From: a bacterium
GTDB lineage: Bacteria; Hydrothermota; Tepidihabitantia; Tepidihabitantales; Tepidihabitantaceae
Assembly (NCBI GenBank): GCA_046485285.1
Contig: JAWOHE010000002.1
Coordinates: forward strand, 1 to 56,201
DNA length: 56,201 nucleotides
Reading direction: 5' to 3'
Positions 1-8,443 of the stretch are shown here, in pieces. Position 1 is the first letter of the stretch. The number at the start of each line of letters is the position of its first letter. Below the pieces are notes generated by a model. That model was not told where the DNA came from and did not search any database. It saw nothing but the letters and a program-made list of their open reading frames with translations. A program made the position numbers and the translations under genes.

Positions 1-84
1 CTTGAGCACTTCCGGGTCATCCAGTAGAAACCCTTGTCCGGGCGCCTCGGCTGTGTTACTATCGGTCATTCTTCTTGTGGCCAT
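1..84 (-). CDS. 5' end of a leftward hypothetical protein, truncated by the window edge (MATRRMTDSNTAEAPGQGFLLDDPEVLK...)
   Basis: ATG at 84 preceded by AAAGGAGG 5 nt upstream; frame open to position 1; absent from the ORF track. Confidence 0.6.
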   Translation of the reverse strand, partial: MATRRMTDSNTAEAPGQGFLLDDPEVLK

Positions 85-210
85 TCGAGCCTCCTTTCGA
101 TCATAACTGACGCCACATTCTCATCGGAATGCGGCACGGCTCAATGGCCACTCTCTCTTTGCCAATTTGCAGACATTATGGCACGCAACTCCCCCTCCCC
201 CATACCCGGT

Positions 211-378
211 ATTACTCCCCCAGTAACTCCGGGGGTTACTCCGGGGGTTACTCCGGGAGTAACTCCCGGGGTTACTCCGGGGGTTACTCCGGGGGTTACT
301 GGGGGAGTTACTCCGGGGGTTACTCCCGGGGTTACTGGGGGAGTTACTCCGGGAGTAACTGGGGGAGTTACTCCGGGA
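211..378. repeat. Tandem array of 14 x 12-bp units, consensus GT(T/A)ACT(CC/GG)NGG(G/A)
   Basis: Units start at 211, 223, 235 ... 367 with exact 12-bp period; no unique spacers. Confidence 0.97.
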
Positions 379-512
379 GTGCGGGTGGGGGGTGATTTCG
401 AGCAACTCCGGGCCGGGTTCGGGAGTCGAACCGGGTGAGGGGTTCTGGCCGCGGTCAGGACCCGGGGTCAGAAGAGTCCTGTGTGCGGGCGAGTCCCGCT
501 TGAGGAGGCAAG

Positions 513-926
513 ATGCCCAATCCTGTTCCCCCGCGCGATGGCGCAATCCGCTGGGCGAAGTGGCGGGCGCGGTTCGAGCGCGACGCCGACGGCAAGCTGC
601 CCCAGGGTAGCTCCGAGATGGCCGCCCAGAGCCTGGCCAACCCGACGGTCGTGGCCCGGGTCCAGGCCGCGTTCGACAGCATGCACGCGATGGAGACCGA
701 GGTCCGGACCGTGCTGAACGCGGCCGGCGCGCCGGTCATCGCCTACATCTACTACCTCGACTTCGGCAGGGAGCTGTGGAAGCTGACCAACCGGATCAGC
801 GGCCCGGCCGCGGTCGGCGAGGCGGCGATTCTCCGGGACAAGTGGGTGGCCCGGGGCCTGTCGCCCGATCTCCTGCGCAAGATCAGCTACGACGTCTTCA
901 GCGTCAAGCTCCCGGCAGGCACGTAG
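513..926 (+). CDS. Putative SIRV/rudivirus-type (Adnaviria) major capsid protein homolog
   Basis: RBS GAGGAGG; 137 aa; motifs RxxxxRWAKWRARF and VxxVLxxxG-x8-YxxFG-x7-NRISGPAxV match the SIRV2 MCP as recalled, aligned by eye. Confidence 0.75.
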   Translation: MPNPVPPRDGAIRWAKWRARFERDADGKLPQGSSEMAAQSLANPTVVARVQAAFDSMHAMETEVRTVLNAAGAPVIAYIYYLDFGRELWKLTNRISGPAAVGEAAILRDKWVARGLSPDLLRKISYDVFSVKLPAGT

Positions 927-994
927 CAGGGACTGCCGCAGTGCGGATAGCCCGGAACGGAAGGGTGCGGTATCCGGTCATGTACTCCGGAGGC

Positions 995-1558
995 CTACGC
1001 TTCGGGCGTCTGCGAGATGGCCCAGGCCTTGCGGGCGGCGCGGTCGAGCCGGGCCAGGGTTCGGGCGATTGACTCGCGCCGAAGCCGGTTCCAGTTGCAG
1101 GCGCTGGACGAACAGGAGCGCAGCCAGAAGCCGTCCTGACGCCGCTCGCCCGCGGGCAGTCCGCACACCGGACAGCGCGGGGCCGGGTCGATGACGAAGC
1201 CGGGCGGGCAGGAAGCGGCAACCGGGCCGTCGGGGCGAGTGACGCGAATCGTCCAGTCAAGGTCGTCGACCCGGACCGAATCCTGCGGGACCCGGGCAAC
1301 ACGCCAGTTCTGCCAGAAACGGACGAGCGGGACGAGCAACTCGTCCGTCGCCGGCCCGGGCCCGGACCCGCGGCGGGCAAGCCGGACGAGGTGGAACGCG
1401 CCGTAGCCGAGCGCCAGCGCGACGAGAACCCAGTCGGCAAGCCCGAAGGTGCGGGGCAGGAGTTGCACCCGGCCCCGGGCCGCCAGGAGCCGGAACATCA
1501 GCCACACCGAGAATAGCGCCACCCCCAGCCAGGCGAGAAGCACCGCGAGGCCCTTCAT
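995..1558 (-). CDS. Hypothetical protein with two TM helices and a C-terminal zinc ribbon
   Basis: Two hydrophobic segments; CPVC...CSSSAC; promoter TTGACC-17-TAGACT 5 nt before the ATG. Confidence 0.65.
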   Translation of the reverse strand: MKGLAVLLAWLGVALFSVWLMFRLLAARGRVQLLPRTFGLADWVLVALALGYGAFHLVRLARRGSGPGPATDELLVPLVRFWQNWRVARVPQDSVRVDDLDWTIRVTRPDGPVAASCPPGFVIDPAPRCPVCGLPAGERRQDGFWLRSCSSSACNWNRLRRESIARTLARLDRAARKAWAISQTPEA

Positions 1559-1611
1559 GAGTCAGTCTAGCCAAGGCCGGAAGCACGGTCAACACACCGG
1601 CTGCGTGCCCG

Positions 1612-1639
1612 TTGACTTAATAGTGTTTTAGCGCATACT
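1612..1639 (+). promoter_or_regulatory. Sigma70-type promoter of arsR1 (leaderless), back-to-back with the minus-strand promoter at 1564-1592
   Basis: TTGACT-16-CATACT, 7 nt before ATG 1647, no SD. Confidence 0.6.
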
Positions 1640-1646
1640 TAATCGG

Positions 1647-1988
1647 ATGAAGCGCCCCGACAGCACCGCCCGGCAGGCCGCGCTGTTCGCCGCGCTCTCG
1701 ACCGGGAGCCGACTGCGCATCGTCCAGTTGCTGGCCGGCGACGTCTTCTGCGTCGGCGCGCTCTCGCGCCTGACCGGCATCTCGGCCGGCGCGGTGTCCC
1801 AGCACCTGCGCGTCCTGAAATCGGTCGGGCTGGTCCTGCCCGAGCGCCGGGGCTACTTCGTCCACTACCGGCTCGCGCCCGGCGCGGCCGCGCTGGTGAG
1901 CAAGGCCGTCAGTGATGCCATGAAGCCGAAGAAAGGAGCCAGACCATGTGCTGCGAAGACAAGAAGTGTCAGTGCCCGAAAGAGCTGA
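1647..1988 (+). CDS. ArsR/SmtB family transcriptional regulator
   Basis: FAALSTGSRLRIV...CVGAL...AVSQHLRVLKSVGLV...RRGYFVHYRL winged HTH. Confidence 0.9.
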   Translation: MKRPDSTARQAALFAALSTGSRLRIVQLLAGDVFCVGALSRLTGISAGAVSQHLRVLKSVGLVLPERRGYFVHYRLAPGAAALVSKAVSDAMKPKKGARPCAAKTRSVSARKS

Positions 1989-2083
1989 AAGGCAAGCCCG
2001 AGGATTGCACGCCTGAGCAGCTTCGGAAGTGCCACGGCACGACCAAGAAGCACTCCTGCGTCAACAAGTCGGGCGGAAAGTAG
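1946..2083 (+). CDS. Small Cys/His-rich metallothionein-like protein (45 aa), not in the ORF track
   Basis: RBS AAAGGAG; MCCEDKKCQCPKELKGKPEDCTPEQLRKCHGTTKKHSCVNKSGGK (7 Cys, 2 His). Confidence 0.75.
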   Translation: MCCEDKKCQCPKELKGKPEDCTPEQLRKCHGTTKKHSCVNKSGGK

Positions 2084-2091
2084 CGCCCGCA

Positions 2092-2421
2092 ATGGCCGAG
2101 GTCTTTGACCTGAAGACGCTACCAGCCTTTCCGTGGGCCGAGCGGCAGAGGAACGTCTTCCACGCCGGGCCTGGCTTCAAGACGCGGATTGTTGAACTCG
2201 CGCCCGGCGAGACACAGCCTGCCTGCAGGATGGAATCTTCAGTCATCTTCGTCCTGCTCCGCGGCGAGGCGCAGGTGCTCGTCGACGGCGCCGAGTTCGC
2301 GCTGGCTGAGGAGAGATGCCTGGTGACCGGCCCGGCCACCATCGAGATGAGTACGACCCGGGGTGCGCGGCTCCTGGGCGTGCAGGTTGCGGTACCCTCG
2401 TCACGAGAGCGGACGGCGTGA
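2092..2421 (+). CDS. Cupin-fold protein
   Basis: TRIVELAPGETQPAC...VLLRGEAQVLVDG cupin pattern; ATG 8 nt after the mini-protein stop. Confidence 0.7.
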   Translation: MAEVFDLKTLPAFPWAERQRNVFHAGPGFKTRIVELAPGETQPACRMESSVIFVLLRGEAQVLVDGAEFALAEERCLVTGPATIEMSTTRGARLLGVQVAVPSSRERTA

Positions 2422-3386
2422 CCGGCGCTCCTGCCGCGGTACTCGCCCGCGGCCTCGCCAAGCGCTTCGGCGAGGTCGTCGCGGTGGACGGGCTGGACCT
2501 CGAAGTCCGGACCGGCGAACTGTTCGGCCTGCTCGGCCCGAACGGCGCAGGCAAGACCACGACCATCAACCTGCTCACCGGCCTCGCCCGGCCGGACGCG
2601 GGCGGGTTCAGCATCGCCGGGATTGACTGTGCGCGCCGGCCCCGCTCGGCCCAGCACTTGATCGGCGTGGTCCCGGACGAAAGCAACCTGTATCCCGAGT
2701 TGACCGGGTTCGAGAACCTGCGGTTCTGCGCCTCGCTCTACGGGATCCCCGGCCCGGAGGCCGCGGCCCGGGCACAGGCCCTGCTGGCGGAGTTCGGGCT
2801 GACCGAGGCCGCCCGGCGCCGCTTCGCCGGCTACTCGAAGGGGATGAAGCGCAAGCTGACGATCGCGGCCGGCATCATCCACCGGCCGCCGGTGCTGTTC
2901 CTGGATGAGCCGACGACCGGGATTGACGTCCAGAGCGCCCGGCATATCCGGCGGCTCATCGCCGACCTGCACGCCGCCGGCACCACCATCCTGCTCACGA
3001 CTCATTACATCGAGGAGGCGGAACGGCTGTGCGGCCGGGTCGCGTTCATCGTCCGGGGCCGCATCGTCCGCACCGACACCGTCGCGAGCCTGCTCGAGCC
3101 GGTGCGCGACCGGCAGGTGCTGGAGCTGGAGCTTGCCGAGCGGCCCGGGGCCGCGGCCGAAGCGCTCGGCCGGGCGTTCCCGGCGGCGCGCTTCGCGGTG
3201 CGCGAGGGCAGGGTGCGGGCCGAGTCGGCCGAAGCCCTGCCGGTCGGCCCGCTGGTACGCGCGCTCGAGGAGCAGGGTATCGAGGTCATCGAGGCGCGGC
3301 GGCTCAGGCCGACGCTCGAGGAGGTGTTCGTCGAGACCACCGGGCTCGAAGCGGGCGTCCTGCTCCGGGAGAAGGAGAAGAAGTGA
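2418..3386 (+). CDS. ABC-2/DrrA-type exporter ATP-binding protein
   Basis: GPNGAGKTT, YSKGM, LFLDEPT, TTHY; GTGA overlap with upstream gene. Confidence 0.92.
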   Translation: MTGAPAAVLARGLAKRFGEVVAVDGLDLEVRTGELFGLLGPNGAGKTTTINLLTGLARPDAGGFSIAGIDCARRPRSAQHLIGVVPDESNLYPELTGFENLRFCASLYGIPGPEAAARAQALLAEFGLTEAARRRFAGYSKGMKRKLTIAAGIIHRPPVLFLDEPTTGIDVQSARHIRRLIADLHAAGTTILLTTHYIEEAERLCGRVAFIVRGRIVRTDTVASLLEPVRDRQVLELELAERPGAAAEALGRAFPAARFAVREGRVRAESAEALPVGPLVRALEEQGIEVIEARRLRPTLEEVFVETTGLEAGVLLREKEKK

Positions 3387-4120
3387 AGCGCTGGGTCGCG
3401 TTCCGGAGCATCATCGCCAAGGACATGCGCAGTTACTACCTGAAGCCGCCGAACGTGAGCTGGGGCCTGGTCTTCCCGCTGGCCTGGACCGGGATGTTCT
3501 TCGTCCGCTCCGGCGCGGACCCGTCGGAACTGCGCGCGCTGCTGCCCGGGGTGATGACGCTGGCGGTGCTGTTCGGGACCACCTCCCTGCTCGCGGTCGC
3601 GATTACCTTCGAGCGCAAGGCCCGTTCGCTGGAGCGGCTCCTGCTCGCGCCGGTGCCGCTGTCGCTGTTGATGTTCGCCAAGGCCGCGGGCGCGATCGCG
3701 TTCGGCATCCTCAACGCGTTCGTGCCGGTCGCCTTGGCCGCGTTCTTCACCAGCCTGGCCGGCATCAACTGGCCCGCGCTGGTCGCCGGGGTGGTGTTGA
3801 CCGCGGTCAGCTCGGCCTTCCTCGGACTGCTGGTCGCGGTGTCGGTGGCCGAGGTGTTCGAGGCCCAGACCCTGTCCAACTTCTTCCGGTTCCCGATGGT
3901 GTTCCTGTGTGGCCTTTTCTTCCCGCTGGAACGCCTGCCGTTCTGGCTCCGGCCGCTGTCCTACGCCCTGCCCCCGACCTGGGGCGCGGATATCATGCAC
4001 CAGGCGGTGGGCCGGCCCGGGGTCCTGCCCCTCGGGCTGGAACTGATTATCCTCGCCGGTTTCTGCCTCGGCCTGTTCCTGCTCAGCCTGCGCACCGTCA
4101 ACCGCCGCTGGCTGGCCTGA
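3383..4120 (+). CDS. ABC-2 type exporter permease
   Basis: About six TM segments, ERLLLAP and FLCGLFFP motifs; GTGA coupling. Confidence 0.9.
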   Translation: MKRWVAFRSIIAKDMRSYYLKPPNVSWGLVFPLAWTGMFFVRSGADPSELRALLPGVMTLAVLFGTTSLLAVAITFERKARSLERLLLAPVPLSLLMFAKAAGAIAFGILNAFVPVALAAFFTSLAGINWPALVAGVVLTAVSSAFLGLLVAVSVAEVFEAQTLSNFFRFPMVFLCGLFFPLERLPFWLRPLSYALPPTWGADIMHQAVGRPGVLPLGLELIILAGFCLGLFLLSLRTVNRRWLA

Positions 4121-4136
4121 ACCGGGCCGCAACGGC

Positions 4137-4182
4137 TTGACCGGGCCCGCGGTGGGCGTAGAATACATGCGGTATTGCGCAT
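4137..4182 (+). promoter_or_regulatory. Promoter plus probable ArsR operator
   Basis: TTGACC-16-TAGAAT followed by inverted repeat ATGCG-N6-CGCAT (4167-4182) abutting ATG 4183. Confidence 0.7.
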
Positions 4183-4530
4183 ATGAGCACCACCCGTGAC
4201 AGCCGAGGCGCCCGGCGCGGACAAGCGGGCGCGGCCGCGATGTTCCGCGCGCTGGCCGACGAGACCCGGCTCCGGATGCTCCGCCTGCTCATCGAGGAGC
4301 GGACGCTCTGCGTCTGCGAGGTGATGGCCGCGCTCGGCATCTCCCAGACCCGGGCCTCGCGCAACCTGACGATGCTCTGCGCGGCCGGGCTGCTGCGCGG
4401 CGTCCGGCAGGGCAGGTGGCGGCATTACTCGGTGACCCGGAACCCGGAACTGCGGCCGCTGTTCGCGCTGGTCCGGCGGCGGGGGCCACAGGTAGCGGTC
4501 CGCAAGCGCGTGAAATGCGAGGAGAGATGA
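4183..4530 (+). CDS. arsR: ArsR arsenic-responsive repressor
   Basis: [13 protein letters not shown]...LCVCE As(III)-binding motif; directly upstream of acr3. Confidence 0.9.
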   Translation: MSTTRDSRGARRGQAGAAAMFRALADETRLRMLRLLIEERTLCVCEVMAALGISQTRASRNLTMLCAAGLLRGVRQGRWRHYSVTRNPELRPLFALVRRRGPQVAVRKRVKCEER

Positions 4531-5723
4531 TATCCAAGGCCTGTGTTGATAAGCAGCCCAAGGGGCTAAACGTTTTCGAGAAATACCTGACCGTCTGGGT
4601 GCTGGCCTGCATCGGGGCGGGTATCGGGCTGGGCCGGCTCGCGCCCGGGCTGGCCAAGGCGCTCGACGGCATCGCGATGCATGCCGGCGGCGCGCCGGTC
4701 GTGTCCATCCCGATTGCGGTCTGCCTGTTCTTCATGATGTACCCGATAATGGTGAAGATTGACTTCGCGGCGGTGCTCCGGGCGGGCCGGAGCGCGAAGC
4801 CGGTCGGGCTGACGCTGTTCATCAACTGGGCGGTGAAGCCGTTCACGATGTACGCGATCTCCATCCTGTTTCTCGGCCTGCTGTTCCGCGGGTTCATCGG
4901 CGCGGACGCAACCGACCTCGTGAAACTGCCACTCGGGGTGAACCTCGAGCCGGGCGCGGCGTACGGCGTCGGCCGGGTGGTGCTGGAGAACGGGGTGCGG
5001 ATGCTGGAAGTCCCGCTCTGGCGCTCCTACCTGGCGGGCGCGATCCTGCTCGGCATTGCGCCCTGCACCGCGATGGTGCTGGTCTGGGGCTACCTCGCGA
5101 AGGGCAACGACGGCCTGACGCTGGTGATGGTCGCAGTCAACTCGCTGGTGATGCTGCTGCTCTACGGCCCGCTCGGCGGGTTCCTGCTCGGGGTCGGCCG
5201 GCTGCCGGTGCCTTGGCAGGCGCTGGTGCTCTCGATCGCGGTTTACGTCGCCCTGCCGCTCGGCGCGGGCTACCTGAGCCGCCGGCTGATTATCCGGGCC
5301 CGGGGCGAGGCCTGGTTCCGGGAACGGTTCCTGCCCCTGCTGACCCCGGTCACGATTGTCGCCCTGCTCATCACGCTCGTCCTGCTGTTCAGCTTCAAGG
5401 GCGACGTAATCCTCGCCAACCCGCTGACGATTCTCTGGATTGCCATCCCGCTCTTCATCCAGACCAACCTCATCTTCTGGCTCGGCTACGGGCTGGCGCG
5501 CCTGCTCAGGCTGCGCTACGAGGACGCCGCGCCGGCGGCGATGATCGGGGCGTCAAACCATTTCGAGGTCGCGATCGCCACCGCGGCGATGCTCTTCGGG
5601 CTGTCCTCGGGCGCGGCGCTGGCGACGGTCGTCGGGGTGCTCATCGAAGTGCCGGTGATGCTGCTCCTGGTCCGCATCTGCCTGCGCACCCGGCGCTGGT
5701 TCCCCGGGCCCGGACCGGCGTAG
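4527..5723 (+). CDS. acr3: ACR3 family arsenite efflux transporter
   Basis: [48 protein letters not shown]. Confidence 0.95.
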   Translation: MISKACVDKQPKGLNVFEKYLTVWVLACIGAGIGLGRLAPGLAKALDGIAMHAGGAPVVSIPIAVCLFFMMYPIMVKIDFAAVLRAGRSAKPVGLTLFINWAVKPFTMYAISILFLGLLFRGFIGADATDLVKLPLGVNLEPGAAYGVGRVVLENGVRMLEVPLWRSYLAGAILLGIAPCTAMVLVWGYLAKGNDGLTLVMVAVNSLVMLLLYGPLGGFLLGVGRLPVPWQALVLSIAVYVALPLGAGYLSRRLIIRARGEAWFRERFLPLLTPVTIVALLITLVLLFSFKGDVILANPLTILWIAIPLFIQTNLIFWLGYGLARLLRLRYEDAAPAAMIGASNHFEVAIATAAMLFGLSSGAALATVVGVLIEVPVMLLLVRICLRTRRWFPGPGPA

Positions 5724-5806
5724 CCGCGCTTCCCCTGCTGGCGCCCGCTGCGCAGACACGGACGTTCCGCTTGACCTGACCCGCAGAACGCCTAGCCTTC
5801 GAGGCG

Positions 5807-6301
5807 ATGGGGTCCGCTTGCCGCGCCTACATTGACATCGAGACGACCGGACTGAATCGGTACCGCAACAAACTCACGGTCGTCGGCATCTGCCTCGAAG
5901 GCAACCGCGGGCTCCGGGTCGTCCAGCTCTACGACGACACCTTGACCGCCGGGGTGCTTCTCGATACCCTCGAGCCCGCGAGCATCATCTACTCCTACAA
6001 CGGCGCGCGGTTCGACCTGCCGTTCATCGAACGCCACCTCGGCGTGAACCTGCGGCGCTTCACCCACTGCGACCTCATGCATCACTGCTGGCGGAGCAAC
6101 CTCTGGGGCGGGCTCAAGGCGGTCGAGCATCAGCTCGGCATCGGCCGCGAGACCGGGGGGATTGACGGGTTGGACGCGGTCCGGCTCTGGCGCGCCTACC
6201 GGCGCGGCCGCGACCCGGAGGCGCTCAGTACGCTCCTGCGCTACAACGCCGAGGACGTCACCAACCTCGCGCTGATCAGACGCCGCCTCCGGGTTGGTTG
6301 A
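5807..6301 (+). CDS. RNase H-like domain exonuclease (YprB/RNase_H_2 type)
   Basis: YIDIETTGL, YNGARFDLPF, GLKAVE, YNAEDV. Confidence 0.85.
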   Translation: MGSACRAYIDIETTGLNRYRNKLTVVGICLEGNRGLRVVQLYDDTLTAGVLLDTLEPASIIYSYNGARFDLPFIERHLGVNLRRFTHCDLMHHCWRSNLWGGLKAVEHQLGIGRETGGIDGLDAVRLWRAYRRGRDPEALSTLLRYNAEDVTNLALIRRRLRVG

Positions 6302-6396
6302 CGCCCAATCACTACCCGCTGTTCTCCATTCCCCGGTTCCCTTCTTTGACACTCTGCCGGAGGCGCTGTAGACTGGCGCTGCAATAGGAGGCCTCG

Positions 6397-7854
6397 ATGA
6401 TCAAGTGCCGGTTCTTCTCAGTTCCTGCGACTGTCTTCGTGTCGGCCCTGCTGTCGCTCGGCTGCGACAAGACACTGCCGCCGAACACGCCTGCTGCACC
6501 CTCCGGCCCCTCCAGCGGGGGGGTCGGCGTCCCCTACAGCTTCTCCTCGTCAGCGGTTGACCCCGATGGTGACAACATCGCCATCCGGTTTGACTGGGGC
6601 GACGGCGACACGTCGGACTGGAGCCTGCTGGTGGCGTCCGGCGACACGGCTTCGGCCCGCCACGCCTGGACCGCCACAGGCACGTACCTCGTCAAGGCGC
6701 AGGCGAAGAACCTGAACAACGCCGTCTCTGACTGGTCGGGCAGTTCCGGCATCGTCATCTCTCCGGGCTGGTTCAGGACCCATGGCGGAACGGGCGATGA
6801 CGTCGGCATGTCCGCCCGACAGACATCGGACGGTGGCTACATCATTGCCGGCTACACCTTGTCCTACGGAGAAGGCGGGCGGGACGTCCACCTTGTCAGG
6901 ACGGACTCGGTCGGTGACACCCTGTGGACGAGGACATTCGGCGGGTCAGCCGACGACATCGGCAGGTCGGTCGGTCAAACCACTGACGGCGGTTTCGTCG
7001 TCGTCGGCGCAACGAGTTCATTCGGCAGCGGGATGCAGGCCTGGCTCGTCAAGGTCGCTGTGGACGGCTCCCGGCAATGGGACTACCTGTTCGGCTACGG
7101 CAGCGAGGACGATGACGGCATCTCGGTACAGCCGACCAGCGACGGCGGCAGCATCTTCGTCGGCTCGACATCGGCATACGGCGGTGATGTCCTGCTGGTC
7201 AAGACGGACGCGCTCGGCAACAAGCAATGGTCCGACACCAAAGGCTACTCTGACAGCAGGGAGGAAGGCAACGCCGTCCGGCAGACATCGGACGGCGGGT
7301 ACATCGTCGTCGGCACGACCTGGCGGTACGACATCGTCGGTGATGTCTGGCTGCTCAAGGTCGGGGCGGACGGCTCCACGACATGGCACACCCACATCGG
7401 CGGCCCGCACGGCGACCTGGGCCGTTCCGTCTGCCCGACCGCCGATGGCGGTCACATCATCGCCGGCCTCACCGCGTCCTACGGCGCCGGCGGGGTTGAC
7501 GTCTACCTCATCAAGACCGATGCCGGCGGCAACGTGCTCTGGATGAAGACATTCGGCGGCGCGTCGACCGACATCGGCGAATCAGTCCAGCAGACCGCCG
7601 ACGGTGGCTACATCATTGCCGGCACGACCAAGACCGACAGCACCGGCACCGACGCCTACCTCATCAAGACCGACGGCACCGGCAGTCTGCTGTGGGAGCG
7701 GACATTCGGTGGTTCCGCAGGGGATGTGGCTATGACGGTCCAGCAGACCGCAGACGGAGGCTATGTCATCGGCGGTCACAGCAATTCCTTCGGGGCGGGC
7801 GACTGGGACTTCTACCTGGTCAAGACCGACGCCGAGGGCAACAGCCTGCCGTAA
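6397..7854 (+). CDS. Lipoprotein with PKD-like domain and QTxDGGYI beta-propeller repeats
   Basis: Lipobox LSLGC; FDWGDG; about seven repeats of W.RTFGG...QTxDGGYII.G; RBS AGGAGG. Confidence 0.85.
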   Translation: MIKCRFFSVPATVFVSALLSLGCDKTLPPNTPAAPSGPSSGGVGVPYSFSSSAVDPDGDNIAIRFDWGDGDTSDWSLLVASGDTASARHAWTATGTYLVKAQAKNLNNAVSDWSGSSGIVISPGWFRTHGGTGDDVGMSARQTSDGGYIIAGYTLSYGEGGRDVHLVRTDSVGDTLWTRTFGGSADDIGRSVGQTTDGGFVVVGATSSFGSGMQAWLVKVAVDGSRQWDYLFGYGSEDDDGISVQPTSDGGSIFVGSTSAYGGDVLLVKTDALGNKQWSDTKGYSDSREEGNAVRQTSDGGYIVVGTTWRYDIVGDVWLLKVGADGSTTWHTHIGGPHGDLGRSVCPTADGGHIIAGLTASYGAGGVDVYLIKTDAGGNVLWMKTFGGASTDIGESVQQTADGGYIIAGTTKTDSTGTDAYLIKTDGTGSLLWERTFGGSAGDVAMTVQQTADGGYVIGGHSNSFGAGDWDFYLVKTDAEGNSLP

Positions 7855-8005
7855 GTCACGGCACTGCCGTGCCGGGAATGCTGACCGTACGCCGGTGTGC
7901 GCTGCCGGCCTCGCGCTGACTGGCGACCGGCTCGGGATCGGCTGACGCCGCCCGGCCTGCGCCCCGGGACGTTGCGTCCTGTCCTCAGCCGGTTAAGATG
8001 AGACC

Positions 8006-8437
8006 ATGGCAACCCGCATAGTCTTCGCCTGTGTCGGCAACTCGTGCCGCAGCCAGATGGCCGAGGCGTTCTGCCGCGAGCTGGGTCGGGACGTCGATTG
8101 CGCGTCCGCCGGCTCCCACCCCGCGGCCGCGGTCCAGCCGGACACGATCACCGTGATGAAGGAAGACGGCATCGACATCTCCGAGGCCCGGCCCAGGGGC
8201 TTCAAGGACCTCCCGGACCTCCGCTACGAGTACCTCGTGACGATGGGCTGCGAGGTCGTCTGCCCGTTCCTGCCCGGCGCGCGAGAGGTGAAGTGGGAAA
8301 TCCCCGACCCGTACGGCAAGGGCATCGAGGAATACCGCCGGGTGCGCGACACTGTCCGCTACCAGGTCCGCGACCTGCTCGAGTCGCTCGACCTCCTCAA
8401 GCACGAGCCTCAGGACAACCACCAGCCGCTGGGCTGA
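8006..8437 (+). CDS. arsC: Arsenate reductase (thioredoxin-coupled, LMW-PTP fold)
   Basis: CVGNSCRSQMAE, TMGCEVVCP, WEIPDP. Confidence 0.88.
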   Translation: MATRIVFACVGNSCRSQMAEAFCRELGRDVDCASAGSHPAAAVQPDTITVMKEDGIDISEARPRGFKDLPDLRYEYLVTMGCEVVCPFLPGAREVKWEIPDPYGKGIEEYRRVRDTVRYQVRDLLESLDLLKHEPQDNHQPLG

Positions 8438-8443
8438 CCGCTG

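Noticed and set aside
211-378. CRISPR array
   Set aside because: No unique spacers, the unit is too short, and there are no cas genes.
405-440. tRNA fragment or att site (GGTTCG hairpin)
   Set aside because: Only a short hairpin; no cloverleaf and no second copy seen in the window.
34-546. ORFs across the 12-bp array (VTPG, GYSG and SNPR repeat peptides)
   Set aside because: Several frames on both strands are open simply because the unit lacks stops in those frames; no SD and no recognisable domain. ORF 178-438 cannot be fully excluded.
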